64,000 bases of DNA, from contig CDMY01000444.1 of assembly GCA_001179505.1 (NCBI GenBank), forward strand, positions 11,636-75,635, read 5' to 3'. This DNA comes from Vitrella brassicaformis CCMP3155. Its lineage: Eukaryota > Protista > Chromerida. Made by a program: the position numbers and the translations under genes. This document shows, piece after piece, positions 37,069 to 51,011 of the stretch. The notes under the pieces are model-generated. The model did not search any database and was not told the origin of the DNA. It saw only the letters and a program-made list of their open reading frames with translations. Position 1 is the first letter of the stretch; each line of letters opens with the position of its first letter.

Positions 37069-38600
37069 ATGGCCAACAGGAACACGCACCCACCACTCCC
37101 GGCTGCCGACGCGCCGATGACCATCAAGTTCAAGCGGGCCGGTGCCGAGGGTGATGTCGCACCATACACCGAGCCTGGCACCACCACTGTCGACGCCATC
37201 CTCGACCTGCTCCGAGAGAACCTCGACCGGAGAACGCCGAGATCACCTTCACAAGGTACGTTACGAGCACTGGAACGCTGGGAATACCCCTTATCTGCTC
37301 GGTGTGTGCTTGCACTGGCAGCCACCCCGGTGTGCAGGGCGGCCAGCAACTCAGGGAGGTGTTCAAGGACGGCGACGTGATCACCTTCAAGCTGGCCGGT
37401 GCGAAAAAGGAGCGGACGATGCGTACGCTCAGATGTCTGTTCTGCAGGTGAAGGTGATGGAGAGGCGGCTCCTGCAGCGGCCGAGCCACAGGCGGCAGCA
37501 GCGGCACAAATCGAAGGCGGGCTTGGAATGGGAGCAGACAGCGGCAGAGGTAGGTAGTTGCACGGACGGAGGCTCACCAGAAAGGAAATTGCGCTGTGCG
37601 TGTTTGTGTTTCAATCCTTTCAGTCGTGCCGACGCCCATCGGACGGCCTGCCGACCTGGAGCTCCAACGAGAAGACGACGACGCCAGACAAGAGCGAGGT
37701 GGGTGAGGGCACAGGATACACACAACATGCGTCAATGTCATCACTGCCTCTCTGTGCGCAGAGGACGAGAACGCCTTCGCGAAGGCCTTCCCCTGGCTCG
37801 CCGAGGCCTGCCAGCTCTGCCGGGGTCTCACCGTCAACTTGCGCCGGCTCTGCGTCACCTGCTCCACGCTGTGTCCGACCCGCCCGCGGTACTAAGGAAG
37901 AGACGAGAAACGAAAAACGGATCTGTGTGATGTTTCGCCAGCTACCATATGGTGGGGAGCCAAGACGGACCAGCTGACGGAGGAGTGGGCGCGGCCAACA
38001 ACAACAGACGGTGGGGGTATGGGGGACCACTGATGGGCATGGGCGGCCTGTCGTTCGTTGCGGGCGTCCTGTATTATTATCTCACATCACGGGTGAGGAG
38101 AACGAGACAGGCAAGGGGCACTTGGAAGTGTGGTGTGTGTGTGGGTGGATGGGTGTGTGCTTCGATAGGGTGGGGGCGGCAGACACGAAGACGCCATCAC
38201 ATCTGCCAACCGCACCAATTCCACCGAGGTCACACAGACACACACACACATATACATGGACTCACACAGACACACACACACGCACATGTATGTCCATGCA
38301 TCCATCCATCTCTCGCCCTGTGTGTGTGTGTGTGCAGGGGGGGTAGATGTGAATGCGTTCTGCCCCCGCTCCACCGACGACACCACCCACACCCCCGTAG
38401 AAAGGATGACCACCTACGCGCAGTGGTACGACACCATCAAGCGGGACCTCCACACACACCTCGCCAACACCTCCACGACCAAGAAGCCCACCAATGCAGC
38501 CGAGGAGGACGCGGATGACGACCGCCTGGCCATGCCAGGGAGGCACCCGCCGACACGGCACAATACACACACATCACGAGCACTAACGACTGATGGATGA
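37069..38600 (+). CDS. Family B hypothetical protein (CxxC...CxxC motif, one TM helix, conserved C-terminal domain)
   Basis: Exons MANRNTHPPL...TTTVDAILDLL, ACQLCRGLTVNLRRLCVTCSTLC, GGLSFVAGVLYYYLT, DVNAFCPRSTDDTTHTPVERMTTYAQWYDTIKRDLHTHL. Confidence 0.55.
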
Positions 38601-39514
38601 ATGTTACATGTTGCATGAGTGCGTGTTCACGTCCACTGCACTACCACTAGGCGGGGAGAGGGGAGGGATGGAGGGATGGAGGGAGAGGTGCACACACACA
38701 CACACGCGCATGCGCGTCGATACATGTAGTTTATCTTCACGTACATGTGCATGTCGGTCGGTCGATACGACCACCCTGCATGCACTGTACTCTTCTTTCT
38801 TTCAAGCCATTCACTAGTAATCCTGATGCACGACACTGCTAGCTGTACGATATTCATCTGTGTCCACATGTTTTTCAGATTCGCGCGCCCTTTCTTGCGG
38901 TGATGGATGTGCACGAGTCAGGGAGGGAGGGAGGGAGGGAGGATGTACAGATTCGTTCATGCGTGGGGACACCTCTGTTCGGCTCAACACACGCTCCACC
39001 CCCCACCTTCTTTTCTTCCTCTGAGCCTCTTGTCGACACAAACACTGACCTGTAGAGTAGGTTTGATTAGGTAGACTTACCTGACAGACAGACAGAGAGA
39101 GCTGCACTCTGCTGACTAGCAGGCAAGCAGCCAGCCAGCCAGGCAGGCAGACAGAGTTCTACCGGTAGCCAGTTGGTCCGCGTGCGTGTGCTTTGTGTGT
39201 CTTTTGTGTGATTTGGGCATTTAGTCTACACGCGTTGCGTGTATCTCAATTGCATTTGCCTAGGGAAGGGGTATCAGATTCTGTTTACCTGCATGCATGG
39301 GGGAGTGAGACATCCCGTGGCAGGAGTAGTCAGGGTGGGCTTTTAGGGACACAAAGAATTGCATTTGATTGACACCGAATTGCACTCACTTGTGTCTTTG
39401 ACGGACCAGAGAACATGCACATACTACGTACGATCGCCAGGAAACGGCACAACGGCTGACACTGTACGATCGTACAGCGCCCATCTCCACTTCTGATCCA
39501 TAAACCGCTCCCAT

Positions 39515-40254
39515 ATGGTGCAGCTGGCGATGGTATCCGCCCTGTCACTGGCCTCTTTCCTCCTGCTGTCCGCCTCCCCCTCTCACACGGCTGCTGATGC
39601 GGCACAAATGATCGATGAGCGTCGGGCAGCAGATGGCAGTGGCGGCCCTATCGATGCCCTCAAGCAGCAGGTAGAGACGCACTGCCAGGCGGGCACAGAC
39701 AGACAAACGGATGTGTGCATGTGTGTACGGGATTCTGCGTGGCAGTTTGAGGAGTTCTTGACGGCTCTCCAGGTCAAGGGTGAATCCGAAGACATCCAGC
39801 CACACACCCAGGAGCAGGACCATGACACCGCTGCTGGTACGCAACACGCAAATGCAGTGCGTGTGTCCATCACGTGTGTGTGAGCGCAGGCAAGGACATG
39901 GACCAGGAAGAGAGCAAGAAAGCCGCCAGGCTGACCGTCGACAAAGTGCGCAAGACGGTCAGCAAACTCAAGAAGGGCCGCCTTGTCAAGACCGCCAAGG
40001 CCACCAGAGAGCAGAGCCCGTACAGCCCCGAATTCATCGCCGGTTTTGACGCTTTTGTGGCCGAAGTCACCGCCAGTATCGACGCATTTCGGGCGGCACT
40101 CGGCGCTGAGATCGGCGACGAGATATCTGTGCTCCTGGTGAGCATCGAGGAGGACTTGGAGGCCATCGAGGTGCTGGCTGCGACAGGCGGCGTAGACGTC
40201 ATCGATGGCGACCTCGACATTGACATTGAGCTTCGTTCTGGCCGACACACGTGA
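39515..40254 (+). CDS. Secreted helical hypothetical protein (3 exons)
   Basis: Signal-peptide-like MVSALSLASFLLLSASPSHTA, GT-AG introns, and a basic then acidic amphipathic C-terminal exon (FIAGFDAFVAEVTASIDAFRAAL). Confidence 0.7.
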
Positions 40255-41016
40255 CTGACCTGATGTGACGCGTCCATGTTTGTCTGTCTCTGTATGGATG
40301 GATTGATGCATCAACACACTGCATGGGGAAAAAGGGCCATCAAGTCTGTCTGAGTCGGTCAGTCGTGCAAAGACGCGGCAGAGGCGGCACATGTCAGCTC
40401 AGCCCTCGGAGGGCTGTTGTGTCTGTACCATTTGTGAAGGATATCGATATCTGTTGTGCTGCTCATTAGGTCTCCATTTTTACTATCTGTGTCGTGTGTG
40501 TCTCCGTCCGCACGGACAAGATGCTGGCCATAGCTATATTTACTTGTGTCTGTCTGTGTGTCGGCTCTACTTATTTGTTTATTTGTGTCGCCCCTTGACA
40601 GACGGAGGGAGGAAGGGAATGACTCTATGATCACTCTCTGTGTCAGTCTAGTGAACTGAGCTCATCAACACGTGCACTCTGTGTAGGGATCTGCCGACGG
40701 GATCGGTTTCTTTATTTCAGCAAAGAGAGAGGGCTTTCATTTCAGTCACTAGAGCAATCAGTCGTAGGTGGCAAGGAAAAAACAAAAAAAACCACAAGTC
40801 CGTCCATCCATCCATCCATCCATTCATTCATCCATCCATCCGTGTGTGTGGCGGTGTGTATACGAACGAATTGACGTATATCGGATGTGTGTGAGATGCG
40901 CGGGTGGGTGGTGTGTGCGGTTCTCAAACGTCTGATATCTTGGGCTCGCGAGGGAGAGCGCCTGAGTTGGACAGACATCCGTCGCCCACACGTGTGTATA
41001 TGCACGTGGGTATCTA

Positions 41017-44000
41017 TCAGCGCCGACCTGTCTTGATGAGTGCCTCTTTCCAGTCGGTCAAGGCCTGCACTTGTGCAGTGAGGTTCTTCAGGTGCTTCTC
41101 GATCCTTATCATCTCTGCACACACACGAGATGACACACACAGACGTGCATACTTTCACCCACTGGCGAGCACTGCACGAGAGCTTACCGGGGGATGGCTG
41201 AGACGGCTGCGGCACCTGCACACGCCATCGAAATGTGCGTGTGTATGTTCATTTATCTGTGTGAGCGAGCCGACGTACCAGTGCGAGCCCTGAGGGTCTG
41301 GTGGGAGGTGAGCCGATGCTCACAGACCTGCATTCAGTCAGTCGTGTGCATGCGAACGTATGAATGCGCGTGTGTGCATAGCATTGTGACTTACAGGTTT
41401 TCGGATGTTCTCTTCCTTATCAGCTCGTGGCTCTTCTCCTCTCTCTTGAGGTACTCTGCACACACACAGACACCCACCCACCCACACACACAGAGAGAGA
41501 GAGAGGGAGAGAGATTTGCGTCTATGTTGATGTCTGTGTGGGGCTATGTGTACCAGTGACGCCGTCCTTGGATATCTCTTTGTTGAGGAACTCTCTACGA
41601 AGAGATTCCAGCTGCTTCTTGACCTCCTCTGCAGACACAGGCACAGACACATGAGACACAGCGCACAAACATTAGCGTGTGTGTGGGGAGGGGCGAGAGG
41701 AACGTCAGCACACACACACTCACGTTGGATCTGCTCCTTGGTCTTCTCTCCCGCCAGCACCGATCCGAAGAGCATGTCCTCGCTGTCCGCGTCGTCGCTG
41801 TAGAACTTCTTGAGAATCAGCACTTTCAGAATGTCACCCAGCTGATGACCGGTCGATGGATGGCGACGCGCGCGTGCTTTGTGTGCATGTCTGTCTGTCT
41901 GTCTGTGTGCATGTGTGTTGTGTGTGTGTCTTACGAAGAACCAGATGAACGAGTAGAGCCACACAATCGCCACGTGCTCAATCCCTACAGACAGACAGAC
42001 AGACAGAGACACGAATGGGATGGACGTCTAGAGGCATATCTATCTGCACACAAGCTTACGAATGCCCTCGACTGGCGCGCCTCCACCGAACTGCAAATCT
42101 CCCGGCCAGCTGCACCAACAGACACACGCACACACCCCTCGCAATGTTGCACAAAAGCATGCATTGATTGCAGCACAGGAACGCACATGAGCATGAGTAC
42201 GCTTGAGAGGACCATCGAGGCGATCACCGGGATGATCACCACTATCGAAGGCGGCTTGGCCTCCTACACACAAGAGGGCATCGATGTATTGTGTCTCTCT
42301 CTTTGTGTGGGTATGTGCATATCAGTCAGTCCACTTCAGTTCAGCTCCCTCACCACGCCGTCATAGTACCAGAACCATGACTTGGTGCGCGTGGAGAAAA
42401 TGTTGAGCTGGATCATCACCGCCAGATTCAGGTACACAGCCGCGTTGAGCCGCGCCTACACACAAAGGGAGGGAGACACACAGGTAGTTCGATGGACTGT
42501 GTTGGTTTGCATGTGTGTGTGTGTGTGTGTGGCCCCCACTCACTTACGATAGAGATCTCGCATTCATCGTCGGTGAGGGAAATCTGCTCGTTGCATTCAG
42601 AGCCGTCCTGAATTTTGCGTGTGGACCACACAGAGTCATCCACACGAGTCGTCCGTCCATGTGTGTGCGTGTGCGTCTGGGTGTGGGTGCGGGTGTGTGT
42701 GCAGAATGGGCCCATACGTATTTTCTGTAGACGAGGAGATCGTCGACGCCCCACCCTGCACACGTGTGTTCGGTTTGGGCATACACACACAAAGAAAGTA
42801 CCCTCCATCCGCTCGTTGGCTCACCTTTCCACCAGTTGATGCCCCCTGCGATCTGTTCGCCGTCCGCAAAAAGAAACAAACCCAAGAACGCACCTGCACT
42901 CACACACACACACACAGACACACACACATGAATGGTCGACCAATCCACAAGCAGCCGTACCTACCGATCACGTTGGTAAAGCCGAGCGTGCCAGCCACGA
43001 TGAGGACCTGCAGACAGACAGACAGACAGACAGACAAGTGTGTGTCGCATCCATCCATCCATCCATGCATGGCTGGAGTGGAGTGTGTCGTCCGTCCTTC
43101 CCTTGCCCCACCTTTTTGAGGTCCCAATGCTGCGGCACTCCCGCGCGGACGACGTTGTCCTTGCTGGTGCTCATGATGGTGAAGTCGTTGATCAGAGACA
43201 ACTGCATTTCATGCAGGAAGAGAGAAAAGATCAATCAACTGTGTTTCCGCGTGTGTGCAGGGCAGGGGCGGCATACAAGGATGAGTGTCCAAGTGGGGAA
43301 GTCGTATTCGGCAGCTGCACACACACATAGACAGGCTCACACCCACTAATGACTGACTGACTGACTGACTCACCGCAGATGGACAGGACAAAGAAGAAGA
43401 GAATCAGCGACGACGAGGCCATGCGGTACATGATGTAATTCTGGATCCGCTGGAAGATCGTCCGCGACGTGAGCAGCGCCGTCACGATCGTTGACAGACC
43501 TGGCTGCAGCAGAATGATGTCCGCCGCACCCTGTGAGTATGTTTGTGTTGATATGGTGGACGGACGAGACACAGAGAGGGAGGACACACACATACAGAAA
43601 AGGAAACACGTGATGGAATGTCTTACCTTTGCGGCGTCGGTCGCCCCAGCGACAGCCACGCCGACATTGGCCTTCTTCAACGCGGGGGCATCCTGAAGAC
43701 ATGTGTCCAAAGATTTGTGTGTGTGTGATGCCCCACGACCGTCGCACATACGTTGACGCCGTCGCCCGTCATGCCGACGAGCTTGCCCATGTCCTGCAGG
43801 GCCGCCACTATCTGCACACACTCACCCATGCCCATACACGTGTGTGTGTGTGTCTGCCGGCAACGGACGGCTTGCCTTGAATTTGTGCTCGGGGTATACG
43901 CCAGCGAAGCCGTTGACCGACATGATGAACTCACCCAGCCCGCCCCTCTGCTCCACCAGCGACGACTCCGTGCTCCATATCTGCATGTGTTTCCAAGCAA

Positions 44001-45929
44001 CACAACACATCCATCGCGTGTCGCAAACAAGAGCGAGAGAAGTCAGTAGCTGACCTCGTTGCCAATGATGTTGGTGCCCATTCCGAGGCGCCGTGCCGTC
44101 TCGATGGCGATGGCGCGCTGGTCGCCCGTGACCATCTTGACGTCAACTCCGTACTCCATCGACTGCTCGATCGTGTGCTTGGTGTCGTCTCTCTGCACAT
44201 CACCCACATCACGCACACATCGGAGCGGCTCCTCTCTCTCTCTCTCTCTCTGTCTCTGTACTGACAGGCGGATCAAAGAGCGAGATGAGGCCGACAAACT
44301 GCCAGTCGATCGTCTCGGGGTCGCTCCAACACACACCTGCAAAGCAAACCCAGATCCACAATTGCTGGTGCCTCTAGGCCTAGAGTGTTTGTGTCTGTCG
44401 TCTCGTCTTGTATGTATCTTGCCGACATACCGAGTGTTCGGAGGCCCCTCTCAGCCTTGCCGTTGATGATCCCCTCCATCCTGCACATACATATACACAT
44501 ACACTTGCACACAGGTGTATCCGTATAGGTGAGCCGCCTTACTTTTCGGCCATTTCAGGATAGTTGACGGCCACCTGGTTCATTCGCTCAGCAGACAGAC
44601 GATTGCAGACGGGGAATGCAGTGGGATGCAGGCAATCTCTCTCCCTCCCTCCCTCCCTCACCATGTTGCGGATCACATGTGGCGCGCCTTTCGAGATGAG
44701 CTTGATGGTCCCATCCGGGAACAACACTGAAAGCGCGCGAGAGAGAGAGTGGGCGAGAGAGAGAGAGAAAGAGAGCGTGTCATCTCTAATTACCCACCCA
44801 CCAGTGCTCTCTGTCTTCTTATCCACCGGGTTGAAGGGAATGAACTTGGTCACCTTTGGAAGGGGAAACAAAGAGACAGACAGACGTGCACACAAACAAA
44901 GAGGCACAAACAATATCAGCTGACAAGCGTGTGTGTATCCCCACCGACCCACCTTATATTTCTCCAGTTGTGAGAGGTCGGTTGCTGCCGTGATGGCCTT
45001 GTCGATTGGCTCCTGGTTGGTCAGCTTGCTCGCCAGGGAGGCCATCACCAACACGTACTCGCCTGTGAAACCCTCGCCGCAGGTTATCTACACACAGACA
45101 GACAGACAGACAGACGATTAACGAGTCTCTCCCTATGTGTGTGTGCAAGGACCTACCTCGTCTTTGTCGAGTGTGAGTTTGTTGAGGGTGAGTGTGCCCG
45201 TCTTGTCGCTGCACAGCACCTCAATGCCGGCCATCTCTTCAATGGCGGACAGCCGTGTGACCACCGCCGACTCCTTCGAGAGCTCCAGGGCACCCACAGA
45301 CAACACTGATGGATGGATGGATGGATGCCACACACACACGTCTCTCTCCCCCACCCCTCATTGTGTGTGTGTGTGTGTGTGTGTGTGCATACCAGTGGTT
45401 GTGACGACGGGCATGGCGATGGGCACGACGGCCGTCAGAATCACGAAACACAGCTTGACCGTCTGGGCGACGAAATCCTGTCCACACATTCGCACACACA
45501 CACACACACACAGGTGGTTGCGAACTCTCTCTCTCTCTCTCTCTCTCCATCTCCGTGTGTGTGTGTGCATCCTACGAACCCCGCGGTTTTCGCGCTCACT
45601 CCGGGCGATTCTGACTATAAATATGATGACACAGAAAAAAAGGCCGATGAGGGCCATCGTCTTGGCCACTTTGCCCAAGGTCTTCTTCAGGTGACCCTCC
45701 TCCTACACCCACACCCACACACACACACATAACTAACGATGTGCACAGACAGAGCACGAGAGAGCCACCCACACCCACACACCTGGACGCTTCCGAGGAG
45801 GGCGAGTGTCTTGCCGAAGAACGAGTTTTCGCCCGTCTTGGTGACCATCATGTCGAGCTCGCCGGACTGCACCACTGCTCCCGCCAACACCTACAAATAC
45901 ACACACAGACCCGTGTCCGTGTGCGATGC

Positions 45930-45966
<37 letters not shown>

Positions 45967-46414
45967 TGTTCTTACTTCGTCGCCCACTCTCTTGGTGACG
46001 GCGAGCGCCTCTCCAGTGAGAGCGGCCTCATCGATCTGCACCGGCTCACCTGACACACGCTCGGAGGGCAGGCAGTCATATGTGTGTGTGCATGGGACGG
46101 ACGTACATAGTACCTACCTTCGCCAACGAGTTTGCCATCGGCTGGGATCACCACGCCGCCGCCCAGAAAACAAATGTCACCTTCACACCAGCAGACAGAC
46201 AGGGAGAGAGAGAGAGAGAGATTCGCGTGAAGATGCATATCTCATCTCGCCCTCCCTGTGCACAGCACACCTACCGGGCACCAGCTCGCGGACTTTGACC
46301 TTCTCCCACTTGCCGTTGCGCTTGCACTCGCACTCGGGGGCGCTGAGGTCCTTGACGGCCTTGATGGCATTCCCTGCACACACACACACACACACACACA
46401 CATGGATGTGGCAC

Positions 46415-46451
<37 letters not shown>

Positions 46452-47105
46452 TGTACCGGCGTTCTTATCGGAGTAGTAGTCGACCACCACCACCAGCAAG
46501 AGCTCGAACACCTACACCCACACACCCACACAACACACACACTGCCTTGCAGTCAGTGCGTGTGGAGAGGGAGAGTCCTTCCTACACGCACATTGACGCG
46601 TGCGCACCAGCAGAGCAAAAGACATCCAGTCACGCTTCGCGATATTGCCCGGATCTGCGAGCCCACACATGAAGACACACAGACACAGACACAGATAAGA
46701 GAGTACATATATCTTCATTTGCTGACTGACTCGCCGCTCACCTCGGGGGTCGGGCACCGCAACACCCAATACGGCCGTGATCATCATGATGATCGGCACT
46801 ATACCCGTAAACTGCATATTGCACACACATCCAATACATGAAGCGATCCATCCGCATGCACGCGTGTCGTGTGCACAAGCTGACTGACGTACCCTCTTGG
46901 CAATTTTGACCCATTCCGGCGTTTCCTTGGGCGTCACTGCGCAAGGGAGAAAGAGCAGTGACTGAGCAATGTCTGTCTGTCTGTCTGTGTGTGTGAATGC
47001 AAGCAGGTACCTACCCTCGTTGTAGCCGTGGATGGCGCGCAGCTTGGCGACCTCCTCATCGGACAGGCCATCGAGGTTGACTTTGATGTCGTCCACTTCT
47101 GCCAT
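41017..47105 (-). CDS. PMA1: P3A-type plasma membrane H+-ATPase (about 30 exons)
   Basis: Spliced motifs: [40 protein letters not shown] (phosphorylated Asp), [59 protein letters not shown] (proton-acceptor Asp), NIFSTRT. ATG at 47105; TGA at 41017-41019. Confidence 0.95.
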
Positions 47106-47710
47106 GATCGCTGCTCTTTAACTTGTGGCTTTTCTTCTCTCTTGGTCGGTGGCTCTACACACACACACATACGCACACACACACATCACCAGACACACAT
47201 GTGCTCTTTGTGTGTGTGTTTGACCTTTCTATGTGGATATGTGCAGACAACAAGGCCCGCCAGGTAGGAAAGGCAACAGGTCACCAATTTCTCACAAGAG
47301 GCTCAGCCTGTACGTTTTCTGCACATACAGCCATCACGCACATACAATGAGCACCAACACACAAACAGAAACAGGCAACGCTCGTGTGTGTGCAAACTCA
47401 CACACCGTCCCGCGTCATATGTCAGACCCAACCTCAGCCCCGAGAGAGCCCTGTGTGTTGCCACCACAAGCACTCACACACAGGGCAATCACACAATAGA
47501 TGACTCTCTGGGGGGGCCTCGGAGTTGCGAGCTTGGCGGCGTCTCTTTTTTCCCCCTTGGCGCCCCCCTCCTCCAAAGAGCGGAGGACACACAAATGCAG
47601 CACCACGACAGCCGACAGGTGGTTGACTGTCAGGTGCAAGACAGGACGTATGCGAAGACACACGAGAAGACAGCTCTCCCTTCTCTCTTTCGTTCCCCCA
47701 GGCCGTCACG

Positions 47711-50172
47711 ATGTCGTCTGAACGCCCCTCACAGCCCGCCCTCCCGCCCCCTAACGGAGGCGACCGATCAGCCGACTATTCCGCCATGCTGGCGGACTTT
47801 CAAGCGATTCTGGCGCAGCCTGTGGTGGTGCCACCACCAGTGGCAGCACCAGTGGCAGCACCCCCATTGACACGGCCAGAACCAACAGCAGCAGCAGCAG
47901 GTCGGTCTGTCTGTCTGTCTGTCTGTCTGTCTGTATGTCCATTTGAATGCATCCATGCGTCTGTGTGTGTTGCAGCTGATGAGCATGACGAGCAAGTGGC
48001 TGAGGAGGACTTGCCGGCAATGAGCATGACTTTCCGCCCTTCCGCTACTGCTGCTGCTGCTGCTGCTGTTGGGCGTGTGATTGTCCGTGATGAAGGCGAG
48101 GAAGGCCTGGACGAAGACATAGACACAGACATCCGCCCCTCTGAAGATGAGCCGACGAGACCAACACCGCTCAGTCAGATGCCGACATCGACATATCAAG
48201 ACGATAAAAGGATTGTGGCTCGACCTGTGGAGCCGAACCAGCCACAGAGACAGACCCACAAGCTCCACGATCTTCGGAGGCCGACAGCGACTTTCGGGGA
48301 GCCTCAGGCAGGACAACAACCACCACAGCCAGGTCGGTCTCTCTCTCTCTGTCTCTGTCTCTTTGCCTGAGTTCTGTGTGTCCATTGCCACACATCCACC
48401 CATCTTTTGGTCTGCTCTGCATGCAGCACCCACACCATCACCAGCACCAGCACGGACCATCGAGCGTTCCTTCACCCTCTCCCCCACCTCGCCAGACATC
48501 CCCGCACCCCTTGAAGACAAAAAGCCCCCAGCAGTCAAGCCCCGGCAAGAAAAGAGACAAAAGGCGATAGGGAAGCGGCCCCCGCAGCCACAGCCGCCAG
48601 CTCTCTCAGACGCGAGAAGCGAGCCTATCGCGCACACAGTGGGGCGGACTTCTTTCGTCACGAACGGCGAGCTCGCCATGAGGGCCGGTGCCCTTGTGCG
48701 GCAGAGAGAGCCTGAGGGCGGGTATACGTGGGAGGGCCAGGCCCGCAGCCTCTGGGTGGAGGCGTTCTCGCCTGAAGAGGCGAGACAGGAGAAGAAGAGA
48801 CAAGACCTGAGAGAGTTTCCCGTGACCCTTCCGCGCAGCGTCTATGTGGACAGCAGCGTCCGTGTGCACGGCCTTGTCAGTTGGTCAGCCGCCGCGCCTT
48901 TGTCAGAAAGCAAAGGAGGGACAACGCTCACGCTGGCCGGTACCCCGTTTCTGGAGATCAGCACGTGCATTTTGCCACCAAAAGGCGTCTCACCAGACGC
49001 CAGCGTCGCCCACCGTCCAAACGGGGCGTTCGGGTATCGCACTCGTGCGGATTGGGCCATTACACTCGACCTTCTGGACCACCCCTGTCTGGTGTCTCCC
49101 TCCCCACCTGAGCGATTGAGGCGCGTCAGAGGGCCGGTCGAGAGAGGGGGAGAGGTGGAGCTGTGGCTTGAGCCAGGGAAGGGGGAGAAGGACACCGGTG
49201 GGAGGCTGCTGCTGCGGCTGTCTGTGAGGATACTCCTGGGTGGGAGGATCGTTGTGCGTGAGGAGGTGTTGGTGCGGCTGGAGGGGGGTGGGGGGGAGGA
49301 GTTGGGGTTTGTGCCAATGGGTGATGGCCCAGGCAAGCTGGTGGAGTGGGTGTCGTGCTCTCTCGAGAGCCCGGCCGATCGGCTGCCGGCTGCCCTTCTC
49401 CGGCCGATGCAGGCCTTTCCTTTGGAGCGGCTGTTGAGTGATGGCTGGCTCGTCAGCGAGCCAAGAGTCACAAAGAAATACATAGAGGTGAGGGTCACGT
49501 CAGTCACCATGCAAATCAGGTTTGTATATGCGGATGAGATGGCGTCTCTCTCTGTGTGTCTCTGGTGATCAGCCGGCCTCTCCGAGCGATGCTGAGACAT
49601 CGTCTTCTTTCTACGCCCCTCTCCCCCACGCCCTTGACTACTTCCTTAGAGCCATGATTCTCCATTATCTCGCCATCAACGGCCCGCCCCCGCCATCAAA
49701 CTGGGCTGGAGGGGAGGAGCAGCAGAGGCGGCTGTTCCTCAATGAGGCGCAGACCGCCTTCCTAACCTGTCTGGAGAAACTGCGGTCGTCGCGAGAGGTC
49801 ACCATGGCTGTTCCGTGTGTTTGGTATCATCTGGGATTGGTCTATATCGACCAAGGTGACAGCAGTCGCGCGCAGCAGGCGTATGATCGCGCCCTGTGTT
49901 CTCTGCTGGAGGTGCGTGGGCTCACCACGGGCGGCATAGCGATTACAGTGCACCTCAACCGTGCGTACATGCGCACGGCGCATTACCTGAAGGATGGGCA
50001 GAAAGACGACCTGAGACAGGCCTTGAGGGAGTGGGGTGAGTTCACGCGGGCGGTGAGGCAGCGCTCGCGTGAGGGGGGAGGGGAGGTGATGGGTGTGCTG
50101 CGAGGCAGTGGGGGCGTGCTTGATCGGGATGAGTGGGTGGCTTACATGCATGCTCTCGCTGTGAGTAAGTGA
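47711..50172 (+). CDS. Hypothetical protein with a Pro-rich N-terminus and a C-terminal TPR-like region
   Basis: Long exon ORFs 48147-49568 and 49522-50172. WYHLGLVYIDQGDSSRAQQAYDRAL is TPR consensus. Confidence 0.65.
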
Positions 50173-50329
50173 GAGAGGGAAAGTGTCACTGTCATTTGGC
50201 GCTTGGCACTTATTGTGTGAATGATGGATGGATGCATCAAACAGATCATGCCCTTGACTTAGTTGCGGACAACACAGCGCAACGCCTTTGTATCTCTCTG
50301 CGAAAGCCATGCGTCAACCGTCTCTGCAC

Positions 50330-51011
50330 TTCCATACGCCGCCTCTGATACACAGACACACACACACACACACACAATGGCACCTCTCTCTTCCACGGGG
50401 TGGCGTCTCTCGCTTTATTACCTGCGTATCGATTCTATCATGCCTGGCCATCATGGCCGCCCTGCGCTCAGGATCAGCCACAGGTGGCTCGTGACAGTGC
50501 ACATCATCGCGACAAAAGCCGCTGCACCCGCAGAGAAGAAAGGGAGACATAAGATCATCGAACAGCACATCCCCGCCTCCATCCATCCATCCACACAGAG
50601 ACATACGAGCAGTCGTCCTCAAATCCGTCGACACCATTGTCGCCCAAGAGTCCCCTGGCCACCCGGCGAGCCAGCCGCGCCGCCTCTTCATCCATCCACC
50701 CCCACACACGGCCCTTTGACCGACACCTCAGCCAAACCGGCGGCGGCGCCCTCTCTCTGCGAGGGCTTTCTGCACACAGAGGGAGAGAGAGAGACGGTGA
50801 GACTGCGTGTGCACAATGGCTGTCGTATGCACCCGCCTGGCGAGAGGCCCCGTGGGGCCTCGTATCGGTGGAAGCGGCCGTACTCGCCACTCTCTGTCAC
50901 GTAAGGCCTCCCAAGGGCCCGCTCGCAGGTGTAGCCCACCGAGCTGATGTGGCAACATTCGGTCGACGGCCTGCAGTAGCCCTCTCGCCGGCGCGAGCAC
51001 CAGTAGTCCAT
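50330..51011 (-). CDS. Small Cys-containing hypothetical gene, head-to-head with hslU
   Basis: GC3-rich exon MDYWCSRRREGYCRPSTECCHISSVGYTCER... followed by plausible GT-AG exons. No family recognised. Confidence 0.3.

Noticed and set aside
36522-37577. Long ORFs such as 36522-37577 (-), 7521-8570 (-), 47768-48679 (-) and 51348-52265 (-)
   Set aside because: They are largely antisense shadows or read-throughs of GC-rich exons and stop-poor microsatellite introns (runs of THTH, VCVC, RERE). Only part of 36522-37005 may be coding.
1-38600. An autonomous transposon or Helitron driving the shuffling
   Set aside because: I recognised no transposase, Rep/helicase, reverse transcriptase or tyrosine recombinase motif, and no clear Helitron hairpin-CTRR end.
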